From IMG/VR virus record IMGVR_UViG_3300027977_000009: 64,000 bases of DNA; one strand, given 5' to 3'. Position numbers and translations under genes: made by a program. Below are positions 1-9,207 of the stretch, piece by piece (within the stretch, counting starts at the first letter, position 1; each line of letters starts with the position of its first letter). This DNA comes from a virus. The notes beneath the pieces were generated by a model. The model did not search any database. It was not told where the DNA came from and saw only the letters and a list, made by a program, of their open reading frames with translations.

Positions 1-139
1 CGGGCTTATTTGGATTAGCTGGCCCGTACAAGTATTCATCAATCGCAACTTGACGATTCTTAAGATTTAAATCGATATCATGGGTGGCACGGGGGCAACC
101 TTTCTCAACTGCTTCTAGTAGGTTGATTATGTCACGCAC
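1..139 (-). CDS. Phage protein, 5' part only (runs off the window start)
   Basis: GTG at 139 after AGGA; reads MRDIINLLEAVEKGCPRATHDIDLNLKNRQVAIDEYLYGPANP with no stop down to position 1. Confidence 0.6.
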   Translation of the reverse strand, partial: MRDIINLLEAVEKGCPRATHDIDLNLKNRQVAIDEYLYGPANPNKP

Positions 140-274
140 TTATCCTGCCCCTCTGCTAACAATCATGCTTTTACGAATAGAACTCATGATTACCTTCCAC
201 TATTATTATTTGCCACTGCGGACTCACACCGAACCCACTTCTCTTTGAACCACTAGTGGCTGCTCATGTGACTA

Positions 275-1567
275 CTAGCCTTTTTTGTTCTTGTTAGCTA
301 ACATGCCACGTTTGTTAGCAGTCGCCCAAGCAATATTCTCAGCTTCTTTCTTTGACTTGCCTGTTTTTTCTTCAGATTTCTTGATGTGCTTTACCATTCG
401 GTCAACTTTAGCACCTTCCTCTATATTAGTTCCGGTTAGTTGAGGTTTTTCACGAAGTTTCTTCATTACTTGCGTTTTGTAGTGCGGAACTTCTCTCTTT
501 GATAACCCCGTAACAGCTGGTTTGCCATCAACTAGAACAGCCCAACTATGTTCATCGTTTCCGCCCCATTTCTTAACCGTGATTCTTTTTTCGATAGGGT
601 CTGCTGCCTCGCCAACACCGCCACCGGCGATAACACCGCCGGTCATCTCACGAACTTGTTTACCCTCAAGATACTGACGAACTGAGTTTAGATAATCTGC
701 TGCTTTAGTGATCTTAGCCTGTACCCAGCCTTCGAGTCCTTGATCTTCAGACACACCTTGAAGCATCTCAAATGTCTGCTTAGCATTCTTTGCTGCTTGG
801 AATAAGTCACTGCGAGCCATCTCGACTTCATGATCTCTACGATCTTGATCGTGAGGAATAAATCCGCTCTTTAATCTATGCCCTTGTCCTGGCACGATGA
901 TCAATTCATCTTCATCTAGGTGTGCTTCCTTGATGCCTTTAGCGTCCGGTGATAGTTTCCCATTAAACATTTTTCTCACTGAATCCTTAGTAAATCTGCC
1001 CTTAGAATCTAACTCAGCATCAAACTCATCTTTACTTTTCTTAGTTTTCGCACTTTCAAACATATTTCCTGTTCGATCTCTGGCTGAGCCCTGCAGGCGC
1101 CAGTCTGACCGAATCCACTTTTCGGCGTCGTTGAAGCCAGACCTAGTATTACTGAATTGCCTAACTTTGCCGGTTGGTAAAAACTTAACTTTAATATGGG
1201 ACTGCCTGCCTGTACTAGGATGTTCAAAACCCGTATATGTGGCTACAACATCTCCATTGTGTATGTACTTACCTGTATTTACTGTTCCAGACCAGTGTGA
1301 AGTATCACCACTACCATACTCGTGAGTCCATTCTTCTGACACACTTTTCTTACCTTGACTCATTCTGGGTAAAGCAGCCGGCGATTCTGAAATAGAGTCG
1401 GCAAGCTTTTTATTAGGCTCTTTACCAGTGAATAAGCTACCTGCTTTTTGATTAGGATAGACGCCTTGTCCAACGTTAGACCGTTTCAGTACCTTGACAA
1501 TCATTGGCTGTGCTACAGTTGCGACCGAGCCGGCTGTTGTACTTTCGTAGATATCGTTAATTTTCAT
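275..1567 (-). CDS. Phage protein, possibly internal head protein
   Basis: 430-aa ORF, N-terminus MKINDIYE, GATAAATA motif upstream at 1600-1607. Confidence 0.6.
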   Translation of the reverse strand: MKINDIYESTTAGSVATVAQPMIVKVLKRSNVGQGVYPNQKAGSLFTGKEPNKKLADSISESPAALPRMSQGKKSVSEEWTHEYGSGDTSHWSGTVNTGKYIHNGDVVATYTGFEHPSTGRQSHIKVKFLPTGKVRQFSNTRSGFNDAEKWIRSDWRLQGSARDRTGNMFESAKTKKSKDEFDAELDSKGRFTKDSVRKMFNGKLSPDAKGIKEAHLDEDELIIVPGQGHRLKSGFIPHDQDRRDHEVEMARSDLFQAAKNAKQTFEMLQGVSEDQGLEGWVQAKITKAADYLNSVRQYLEGKQVREMTGGVIAGGGVGEAADPIEKRITVKKWGGNDEHSWAVLVDGKPAVTGLSKREVPHYKTQVMKKLREKPQLTGTNIEEGAKVDRMVKHIKKSEEKTGKSKKEAENIAWATANKRGMLANKNKKG

Positions 1568-1664
1568 TGATAAAATCCATCGTTATAGAGTATATAGAGT
1601 ATTTATCACTAGTTGCTTCGATTTACGATTGTCCATCCACGACATTGATTGTACCGAAATAGCC

Positions 1665-1697
1665 AAAAAGGTAGGGAAGATTAAATCTTCCCTACCT
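1665..1697 (-). terminator. Rho-independent terminator
   Basis: 13-bp stem AGGTAGGGAAGAT/ATCTTCCCTACCT followed by a T run on the minus strand, just downstream of ORF 1711-2610. Confidence 0.8.
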
Positions 1698-1710
1698 GTA
1701 TTATAGAAAC

Positions 1711-2610
1711 TTAGATTTCGTTTCCGTTTTCATCAATGATCTTGTAGCCCTTGGCCTTTTGAGCTTCTGCCCACATGGGACCAATCGTATCCAAAAGATG
1801 CTGCTGATTTTCCATGCAAAAAACATATGAACCGGAATGTCTTAACAAGACACGCTTGTCAACATAAATCTTGCCACCTAGGTCTCTAAAGTTCTCGCAG
1901 GCCGTCCAGTCCTCGGAATAATAACGATTTTGACGTACTGCGGTATCAAAGTACGTCTTCAAGTATTGATCATACATCGGGTCAAGACCAATATCGTTCT
2001 TGTACTGCTTGACTGCTGGATGAGAATCCAGCTTACCGAATACATGCTTCTTCATAAGAAGGAAGCCAGTGCCCGCTTTTGAAACTTCCTGTAGGCCATC
2101 AGCGCCCTCTTCAGCACCTTCAAATCCATTGACGACCCACTTGATTGGCATCGTCTTCATTGGGTAAAGTCCACCAATGACATCAACGTCACGATTTAGT
2201 AGAACGAGTAGATGCCAAGGTTCCCAACCAATATCTGCGTCCACGAAGAATAGGTGAGTCGCGTCCGGCATTGCCAAAAACTTTGCAGTGAGAGTGTTAC
2301 GTGCGCGACTGATGAGTGATTCGTTCACCATAGTCTCAAGCGTCCAATCGATGCCTAACTGACGCGCAGTGTTAGCCCACTTGATAAAACTCATGAACGT
2401 AGATTCAGTCAACATCCCGCCGTAACATGGCATTGCGATGTGAACTTTTGTAGTACGTAGGAAGTCAACGTTAACTTGAATTTGACCTTCTTGCGGAGCT
2501 TGCTGTTGTTCTGTTGCTGCTTGATCAGCAATTTCTTGAATCTTTTCTACGGGAACAGTACGCTCTTCGCCGCTCGGTGCAGTAGTTGTAATCTTTGGTT
2601 TCTTAGCCAT
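1711..2610 (-). CDS. Glycosyltransferase-like protein (GT-A fold)
   Basis: IAMPCYGG, SLISRARN, THLFFVDADIGW (DxD), GTGFLL and YSEDW motifs. Confidence 0.7.
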   Translation of the reverse strand: MAKKPKITTTAPSGEERTVPVEKIQEIADQAATEQQQAPQEGQIQVNVDFLRTTKVHIAMPCYGGMLTESTFMSFIKWANTARQLGIDWTLETMVNESLISRARNTLTAKFLAMPDATHLFFVDADIGWEPWHLLVLLNRDVDVIGGLYPMKTMPIKWVVNGFEGAEEGADGLQEVSKAGTGFLLMKKHVFGKLDSHPAVKQYKNDIGLDPMYDQYLKTYFDTAVRQNRYYSEDWTACENFRDLGGKIYVDKRVLLRHSGSYVFCMENQQHLLDTIGPMWAEAQKAKGYKIIDENGNEI

Positions 2611-2730
2611 GAAGTCCTCTTCTAATGTAAGCTATAAAGATATTTACAACAGAACGAGGGTATGGATTTTTTTTATTTGACAGAAAGTATCATATTTACT
2701 GTGTTTTGGCTAGCCTAAGCCAATCATTAA

Positions 2731-3786
2731 TTATCTTTCTTCTAAGTAATCATTGGTTGTGATTCGATCAGCATCGATAACTTTTTTGATCGCAGCTTCT
2801 AGTTTTTCGCGGCTCGGGCCATATGGACTCACCTGCACAAAATTGACGAATGTATACATATCTGTAGTATCAGGAACCTTAGTATAGACTGCATAATTTA
2901 CTTTACGAACATCGTCATCTTCATCGACTTCTTTAGACAGATAATAGTTATTGCCCAAATCTCTAACGATGTCGATATCTCTACCATCTTTGTAAATTGG
3001 TTCTCTTGTACTTTCACTCTCATAGACACGCTTATTGTGTTTGTAGAGTTGAGTTTTAGCTTCGCTCAATAAATGAACGAATTTTGCTTTTTGTGCAGGA
3101 GTCGCTTCATTGATCAACGGTTTGATAGTAGCAATCAACCTACGAATGCTCTCAGTAATCTGCAGGTTATTGTCGAATGTTTGTTTCATCTTTTCTGCTG
3201 AATCTCCGTATAAGTCAGTTAGAATTCTCATTTTTTTCTTGGTATCGGCACCTGCATATGCCTTGCGAATAGCACTTGCGTCACGCATTGTTTCCCCCGC
3301 GATAGGAAACTCGGCTACATCAGTTGATAACACATATGCATGTTTAGTCATCGGCTGTGGGTTTTGCATCGCTTTTGCTGAGTAAGGTTGCATGTAAGGA
3401 GCAGAACCATCTTTCTTGGGCTTGAAACTAAAACGAGGATCCGGAGCGATGCCCATTGACGGGTCACCCTCCATATCTTTTTTGCTCACCCCAAACACTA
3501 GCATAGTATTATCAGGGTCGCCGCCATTCATTTCTACCTTATCTAAGTATTCCTTTGCCATATATGGATTACTAACTGCCATAATGTTCTTTGAAGGAAT
3601 GCCCAAAGCAGAAGCCATCATAGCACGATCTTGTGATGAGAAAGGACTCTTTGGTTGTTCTTGTTTAGCTGAGATAGCAAGATATGTATTCGCCAAACCA
3701 AACTTCTGCGCCAACTGCTTAAAGCTAGCTGCGTGGCCTTTGTGCAGAGGATGGAATCTCCCGGGATATACTGCTATCACATTCAT
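2731..3786 (-). CDS. HIGH-family (cytidylyltransferase-like) nucleotidyltransferase
   Basis: N-terminal YPGRFHPLHKGH (HxGH), SPF..R, and a C-terminal ASAIR motif. Confidence 0.7.
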   Translation of the reverse strand: MNVIAVYPGRFHPLHKGHAASFKQLAQKFGLANTYLAISAKQEQPKSPFSSQDRAMMASALGIPSKNIMAVSNPYMAKEYLDKVEMNGGDPDNTMLVFGVSKKDMEGDPSMGIAPDPRFSFKPKKDGSAPYMQPYSAKAMQNPQPMTKHAYVLSTDVAEFPIAGETMRDASAIRKAYAGADTKKKMRILTDLYGDSAEKMKQTFDNNLQITESIRRLIATIKPLINEATPAQKAKFVHLLSEAKTQLYKHNKRVYESESTREPIYKDGRDIDIVRDLGNNYYLSKEVDEDDDVRKVNYAVYTKVPDTTDMYTFVNFVQVSPYGPSREKLEAAIKKVIDADRITTNDYLEER

Positions 3787-3789
3787 TGA

Positions 3790-3975
3790 TTAATTTGCTT
3801 CTTTGCGTGCATTCTTTTCTTCAGTGATCTCGTTGCGACGAGTCTTGCACAACTTAGCAAGTTCACCTAATGCCTTACGGGCACGAGTACCAGCAGCACT
3901 ATTGCCTTTGTTAAACTTTTCGTTTTCTGCGAGGAATACCTCGAACTGTGCTTTGATATTGATTGTAGTTTCCAT
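3790..3975 (-). CDS. Small basic histone H1-like (Hc1-like) protein
   Basis: 61 aa; ENEKFNKGNSAAGTRARKALGELAKLCKTRRNEI pattern. Confidence 0.65.
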   Translation of the reverse strand: METTINIKAQFEVFLAENEKFNKGNSAAGTRARKALGELAKLCKTRRNEITEEKNARKEAN

Positions 3976-3986
3976 TGTAATTCTTT

Positions 3987-4373
3987 CTAATAGCTTATCT
4001 TTACAAAATTTACAGCGCCGCCTTGAAAACCTTCAATCTTCGCTCTGACATAAACAAAATTGCCTTCGACATTTGTGTACACCCTAGCATTGGACGCGAT
4101 TTGCGGAAGTGAGTTTGCTGCTGCGTTAGCATTTGCCTCTAACTCATAGACTTTGAACCAATCCAAATCTACGGGCTGAGAAGCTAGTGTGGCTTCCAGT
4201 ACAATGTTACCTGTACAGTTGGTTAAACTTATGTTGACCGTTTGCAGGTCTTTATTACCTAGATAATATGCCGCGGCAGGACGTGAGTCGCCCGTTACTG
4301 TATACGGTGCTCCGTTTCCTGGATTAACGTATGCTGTTTGTGGAAATAATATTAGTGTGGTAGAAGCACTCAT
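3987..4373 (-). CDS. Hypothetical, probably virion protein
   Basis: Likely start MSASTT at 4373 with GGAG upstream; beta-rich sequence. Confidence 0.55.
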   Translation of the reverse strand: MSASTTLILFPQTAYVNPGNGAPYTVTGDSRPAAAYYLGNKDLQTVNISLTNCTGNIVLEATLASQPVDLDWFKVYELEANANAAANSLPQIASNARVYTNVEGNFVYVRAKIEGFQGGAVNFVKISY

Positions 4374-4450
4374 GCTTTTTCTCCACACTGCCCGCAAAAT
4401 ATTGCAGCAGAAGACCAACCAACCAAATATGTGTAGAATACGAAAGCCAT
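4370..4450 (-). CDS. Possible 26-aa peptide
   Basis: MAFVFYTYLVGWSSAAIFCGQCGEKA; coupled to both neighbours by TAATG and ATGA overlaps. Confidence 0.35.
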   Translation of the reverse strand: MAFVFYTYLVGWSSAAIFCGQCGEKA

Positions 4451-4614
4451 TATGTGTTAGCGACCTCTACAATCACTCCCGGGCCTGCTAATTCCTGTGC
4501 CACTTGCTCCAATGCTAGTTGTGCATCTTCCGAAACAATGTGTTGCGTTGTATCTTCGTCTTTTACAAGTTTTGATAACCTAATAACGATGGCTTCTTCT
4601 ATCATTCTAGCCAT
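4450..4614 (-). CDS. Small hypothetical protein (54 aa, below the ORF-track cutoff)
   Basis: MARMIEEAIVIRLSKLVKDE...VEVANT; GGAG SD and GATAAATA motif upstream. Confidence 0.65.
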   Translation of the reverse strand: MARMIEEAIVIRLSKLVKDEDTTQHIVSEDAQLALEQVAQELAGPGVIVEVANT

Positions 4615-4649
4615 ATTAATACTCCAAATTATATAGAGTATTTATCTAA

Positions 4650-5267
4650 TTAGGATGATTTCTTTTCTAATTTGTAGGTTTTACCAATGACATTGGGAAA
4701 CATCAGATGAATGTAGGTTAACATAGCTGGGTCGTTATAATCAATATAGTAATGATCATAAATCCAAATGTATTTGTATCCCCAACTGCTTAGGGGATAC
4801 AAACATCGAAGAAAAGGATGATTCGGGCGTAACCCATCAGTTCGTTCTAGATATTCTACAAACGCTGGCCTAAACTCAGCTTCTACCCTTTTTGTCTTAA
4901 GATAGGACCTAAACTTAGCAGGAGGAGTATTCTTAAATAGTTTTACGCCATGTGTCACAATAGCTTCAGTTATGGGGCCGGCATTAGCCAGTAATTGAAA
5001 TTGCTCAACCAGTGCTAAATCGTTGCTAAAGAAGGTGATACGGTCCCCTTCTAGCCTGAACTTATTATTCTCTCGATGCAAAGCAAGGAATATACTGATT
5101 TTTTCCCGATCAGTATATGATGTTGTATGCATCTCTGGCAGACTGATGAGGTTTCCCAGCTGTATACTTTCTTGACCTCTGGGTGTCCGTACACTAACTC
5201 TATACTTAAATTTATTGTAGTAAAGGATAGTCCGATCTTCAGCTTTGAATTTCAATGATGCCGTCAT
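4650..5267 (-). CDS. Hypothetical protein
   Basis: ORF 4650-5318; more likely start MTASLK at 5267. Confidence 0.55.
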   Translation of the reverse strand: MTASLKFKAEDRTILYYNKFKYRVSVRTPRGQESIQLGNLISLPEMHTTSYTDREKISIFLALHRENNKFRLEGDRITFFSNDLALVEQFQLLANAGPITEAIVTHGVKLFKNTPPAKFRSYLKTKRVEAEFRPAFVEYLERTDGLRPNHPFLRCLYPLSSWGYKYIWIYDHYYIDYNDPAMLTYIHLMFPNVIGKTYKLEKKSS

Positions 5268-6447
5268 GGCCAATCCTTGCGTTTTGCTTTTGAGTAATTT
5301 GGAAAACAATCTCGTCATTTTCTAAAACTGCCATGATACTTGAATTCGCAATGCGCTCAAAGAGAATCTTCTTTGAGAGGGGAACGCGAATCAGTTCATC
5401 GATCTTGCGAGCGAGCGGGCGGGCTCCCATCTTACTATCGTATCCTTTAGCAGCTAGGTAGTCAACTACCGATTCGCTCAAATTAAGAGTGATATTGTGC
5501 TTTTCGAGCAAGGGCTTCTTGACCTCGTCGAGGAACTTGATAACGATCTTCTTGATAGCAAGCGTATCCAACTTGTTGAACTTACAAATCATATCAAGAC
5601 GATTGCGGAACTCAGGTTTGAAGAACTGCTTGAGTGCTTTCTCGTCTTCATCGGTTTTTTCTAACATACCGAAGCCAATGTTATTACGCTCATTGTCTGC
5701 TGAACCAAGATTAGAGGTCATAATAATAATAGTGTTCTTGCATGAGACTTCCTTACCGTTAGAACCGGTGATGCGTCCCTCATCCAAAATCTGCAAGAAG
5801 ATGTTGAAGATATCGGGGTGAGCCTTTTCAACTTCGTCGAATAGCATAATCGAATGAGGGTTCTTGCTCAAGTCTGAAATCAAACGTCCACCCTGCACCT
5901 GTGAATCGCTGAAGCCTACATATCCCGGGGGAGGACCAATCAAGCCACTTACGCTGTGCTTCTCTCCGTATTCCGACATGTCATACTTGAGAAGCGGCAT
6001 CTCCAAATTCTTAGAGAGCAGCTTAGCAAGCTCAGTATTATGATGAATAAAACCATTTGAAGTTTGATACAGGTGAGAATCCGATACTACACTAAGATCA
6101 TAAAATAACGTATCGTCAATTGGAACAACATCCAGAACAGAAACCTCGGACCCATTTTGCTTGCAAATTATATCTCCAGTCTGCAATGAATCAAAATACA
6201 GACATTCCTCACCATCGTGAATTAGGTGTTTATCGGCAGCAGAAATCGTGTCTCCTGAATCAAAGGTTATTTTTCTACCCGTAGTTTCTTTGGTAATAGC
6301 AGCATTCACTTCTACCCAATTGTCATTCTCATCTTTGATTTGAATTTCGGAGTTTAAAAATTGCTCATGTTCAGGTACGAATGTGGTCTTTTCATAAAGA
6401 CTAATGAGGTTGAAGAGTTTTGCGATAGGTAGAGTGATTTCTTTCAT
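5239..6447 (-). CDS. clpA: Split-intein C-fragment (137 aa) fused to the C-terminal half of a ClpA-like ATPase (NBD2)
   Basis: Intein block B (SAADKH), block F (YDLSV) and block G (IHHN|T), then TELAK, DMSEY, PPGYVG, LFDEVEKAH, IGF loop, PEFRNRLD, GARPL. Confidence 0.9.
   Translation of the reverse strand: MKEITLPIAKLFNLISLYEKTTFVPEHEQFLNSEIQIKDENDNWVEVNAAITKETTGRKITFDSGDTISAADKHLIHDGEECLYFDSLQTGDIICKQNGSEVSVLDVVPIDDTLFYDLSVVSDSHLYQTSNGFIHHNTELAKLLSKNLEMPLLKYDMSEYGEKHSVSGLIGPPPGYVGFSDSQVQGGRLISDLSKNPHSIMLFDEVEKAHPDIFNIFLQILDEGRITGSNGKEVSCKNTIIIMTSNLGSADNERNNIGFGMLEKTDEDEKALKQFFKPEFRNRLDMICKFNKLDTLAIKKIVIKFLDEVKKPLLEKHNITLNLSESVVDYLAAKGYDSKMGARPLARKIDELIRVPLSKKILFERIANSSIMAVLENDEIVFQITQKQNARIGHDGIIEIQS
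6037..6447 (-). mobile_element. IntC of the ClpA split intein
   Basis: Ends His-Asn followed by Thr+1, the Walker A threonine. Confidence 0.9.
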
Positions 6448-6490
6448 ATAATTCCCTTTGTGTTAGTGACAGTGTATTTAATATAATACT

Positions 6491-6519
6491 ATAATACTGT
6501 GTTTTTCATAAAAAGTAAA
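6491..6519 (-). promoter_or_regulatory. Sigma70-like promoter for the clpA C-half
   Basis: TTTACT-17 nt-TATTAT upstream of the SD and ATG at 6447. Confidence 0.5.
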
Positions 6520-6573
6520 GCTGTTTGTTGATTTTCTTGCCCAAATGATAAATAAACATAGGAGCAACATGTT

Positions 6574-7656
6574 ATGGCAAGACGTTTAGAAACAAGACTC
6601 GAAGGCAGCAAGCCCTTTAAGGACAGAATCGGAAGACCATTAATTTCCGTTGAAATTGAAAGATTATATGAATTTCATCATAGAGTAGGCTACACTCCGG
6701 ACAGGATACATGCGATAGTCCAATTTATTTTATTAGGATACGATGATTGGAGTAGTATTTGGAATAAATTAAAGACCTTGCACAACGGTACATTAGAATA
6801 CCAAACTCTACTTTACGGAGATGTTATGGGCAAAACCAAATATTTGGAACTTAACAAGAAAAAAACTAAAGGATTTGACCATTCGTCTGATGCTCAAAGA
6901 GAGAAGGGAAAAAAATCAGCCAAGCTATCAAAAGGAAATAAAGAATGGAGTGTGCGCGGGTTGGGGTATTGGATCAAAAAAGGATACACAAAAGACGAAT
7001 CATTAGAGAAAGTGAAGGCAATACAAATAACTAATTGCTTAGATAGATACATAAAAAAATACGGTATTGATGAGGGGACCCAAAAGTTTAATGATAGGAA
7101 GAATACTTGGAAAAAAACGATGAACTCTTCGATTATTGGCAAAAAAAGAAGTCTGGGACTATGGAGATACGTAGAAAGATACGGTGAAGCTGAAGGAGAG
7201 AAAAAATATATCGAAATGCGTATTAAAAGAAATTCTAAATGCAGTATAGGAAGAGCGTCTGCCGAGTCGCTAGATGCACTTTCCCCAATCATACGTATCT
7301 TAGATCAAAATGGTATTAATTACTATATAGGAATAGAAGGAAATAAAGAATGGTTCATATTCAATAAAAAAGAAAAAAAGATGTTTTTCTATGATTTAAC
7401 TATACCTTCATTGGGGATAATAGTAGAATATCACGGTGAGGGATTTCATCCTAATCCAAACTGGGAAGAGAAGATGCTAACTGAGTGGAGACAAGTTAGA
7501 ACAGGAAAAGGCGCTAAAGAAGTGATGGACTATACTAAAATGAAAAATCTTACTGCAATAGAAAACAGATGGACCGTATTTGAAATCTTCTCGTCAGAGG
7601 TTTCAAATACGGTCCCCAGGATAAAAGACGTTATACTGAAATCAATCCGTTCTTAA
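6574..7656 (+). CDS. Putative free-standing homing endonuclease (Vsr/PD-(D/E)xK-like C-terminal domain) inside the split clpA
   Basis: Repeated basic Y..KYG..EG modules; C-terminal FYDLTIPSLGIIVEYHGEGFHPNP; own GATAAATA (6547-6554) and AGGAG SD. Confidence 0.7.
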   Translation: MARRLETRLEGSKPFKDRIGRPLISVEIERLYEFHHRVGYTPDRIHAIVQFILLGYDDWSSIWNKLKTLHNGTLEYQTLLYGDVMGKTKYLELNKKKTKGFDHSSDAQREKGKKSAKLSKGNKEWSVRGLGYWIKKGYTKDESLEKVKAIQITNCLDRYIKKYGIDEGTQKFNDRKNTWKKTMNSSIIGKKRSLGLWRYVERYGEAEGEKKYIEMRIKRNSKCSIGRASAESLDALSPIIRILDQNGINYYIGIEGNKEWFIFNKKEKKMFFYDLTIPSLGIIVEYHGEGFHPNPNWEEKMLTEWRQVRTGKGAKEVMDYTKMKNLTAIENRWTVFEIFSSEVSNTVPRIKDVILKSIRS

Positions 7657-9187
7657 CAGCAAAATTGTACATATCATCGGTAATTTTTACAGTAACTTCT
7701 TGCTCACCCGCCAAACACTTACCCGTACCTGTAGGTCCCAAGAACAAGAAACTTGCGATGGGCTTCTTATCATTGCCGATACCAGCGAATGATACATAAA
7801 CCCGTTCAAGAACTTTATCTACTGTCTCGTCTTGACCATAAAGCTTATCCTTGACGTTTGTGTCAAGCTGATGAATACGATCAAGGTTGTCGCCGGACAT
7901 TTTGTCCGCAGGGACCCCAGTAAACTTTTCAACTTGATCATAGATCAACTGTTTGGTGATGACTGCATTCTTGTTTTCAAGCACCCGCTGCTTTGCACAA
8001 GCTGCATCTAGCAAGTCAATCGACTTGTCGGGGTTCTTGCGGTCGTGAATATAACGATCTGCACTTTCGACTGCTGCTTCGATTGCCTCTTCGCTAATAC
8101 TAACGTTATGGAAATCATTCAGACGGGTAGAAAGTCCACGCAGGATTCGAACAGTAGAATCATGTGAAGGTTCATCGATAGAAACACGATAGAATCGGCG
8201 CATCAACGCTCGATCCTTTTCGAATGATTCGTAGTATTCTTCCCAAGTCGTAGATGCGATTACCTTAAGGTTGCCCTTAGTGATAGCGGGCTTGATCATG
8301 TTAGAAAAGTCAACAGCTCCAGAAGTCGAGCCGCCGGCACCCTGCATAGTATGTGCTTCGTCGATGAATAGAATAGCCTTCTTCTTGACAGTAAGTGCCT
8401 GCAGTACGTGCTTTACCTTTTCTTCGAAGTCACCTCGATATTTAGATCCAGCAAGCAACGTGCCGATTTCAAGCGAGTAAAGTTCATGGTCTAGCAAGAA
8501 GTCTGGAACTTCTTCATTGACGATTGCATTTGCGATACCCTCAGCGATAGCAGTCTTCCCGACGCCAGGGTCTCCCACCATCAATACGTTAGCTTTGAAT
8601 CGCTTTGCCAAAACGTTGATGATGTCATCGATCTCTTTAGTGCGACCGATCACTGGTTCTAGTTTTTCATTTCGTGCAAGCTGAGTTAGATTGATAGTAT
8701 ATTCGTCAAGAATCTCGTCAGCCTGGACATCACTGATGCCGCTAGCATACTCGCCGCCGCGATAGTTCTTTTGCCAATGAGCGAGAAACTCTGCCTTACC
8801 GATGCCGTACTTGAGCAGGAAGTAATGTCCATGCGAATTGCCTTCACTAGCGATACTCATGAACAGATCAATCGTAGCCATCTGTCGGCGGCCAGTGAAC
8901 AAGACCTGAGTAACAGAACGGTTCATGACGCGTTCGAGTGTATTAGTACGCTTTGGCTGGCTGGCTGGGTCTTTAGATTCAATCGCGTGCAGGCCGTTAA
9001 GATACGCTTCGACTTCAGTGATTAGCATATCTGTGTCGGCATTAAAGCTGTTCAAACACTTCCTAAAAGGAGAGTGAGTAATCAATGCAAGAAGCAAATG
9101 TTCTACTGTGCAATATTCATGGTTGCGTTGCTTAGCAGCTTCAATTGCTCGTTCAATGATATTTTCAATTTCGGGCGAGGTCTGAAT
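7631..9187 (-). CDS. clpA: N-terminal half of the ClpA-like ATPase (N-domain, NBD1, start of NBD2) fused to a 28-aa split-intein N-fragment; probable ATT start
   Basis: HEYCTVEHLLLAL, PVIGR, GDPGVGKT, LFIDEAH, DRALMRRF, PDKSIDLLD, then GPTGTGK|CLAGEQEV...stop. Confidence 0.9.
   Translation of the reverse strand: MQTSPEIENIIERAIEAAKQRNHEYCTVEHLLLALITHSPFRKCLNSFNADTDMLITEVEAYLNGLHAIESKDPASQPKRTNTLERVMNRSVTQVLFTGRRQMATIDLFMSIASEGNSHGHYFLLKYGIGKAEFLAHWQKNYRGGEYASGISDVQADEILDEYTINLTQLARNEKLEPVIGRTKEIDDIINVLAKRFKANVLMVGDPGVGKTAIAEGIANAIVNEEVPDFLLDHELYSLEIGTLLAGSKYRGDFEEKVKHVLQALTVKKKAILFIDEAHTMQGAGGSTSGAVDFSNMIKPAITKGNLKVIASTTWEEYYESFEKDRALMRRFYRVSIDEPSHDSTVRILRGLSTRLNDFHNVSISEEAIEAAVESADRYIHDRKNPDKSIDLLDAACAKQRVLENKNAVITKQLIYDQVEKFTGVPADKMSGDNLDRIHQLDTNVKDKLYGQDETVDKVLERVYVSFAGIGNDKKPIASFLFLGPTGTGKCLAGEQEVTVKITDDMYNFAVKNGLISV
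7634..7717 (-). mobile_element. IntN of the ClpA split intein (28 aa)
   Basis: Block A CLAGEQEVTV immediately after the Walker A lysine. Confidence 0.88.
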
Positions 9188-9207
9188 GGTACTTTTCCTT
9201 TACAAAA

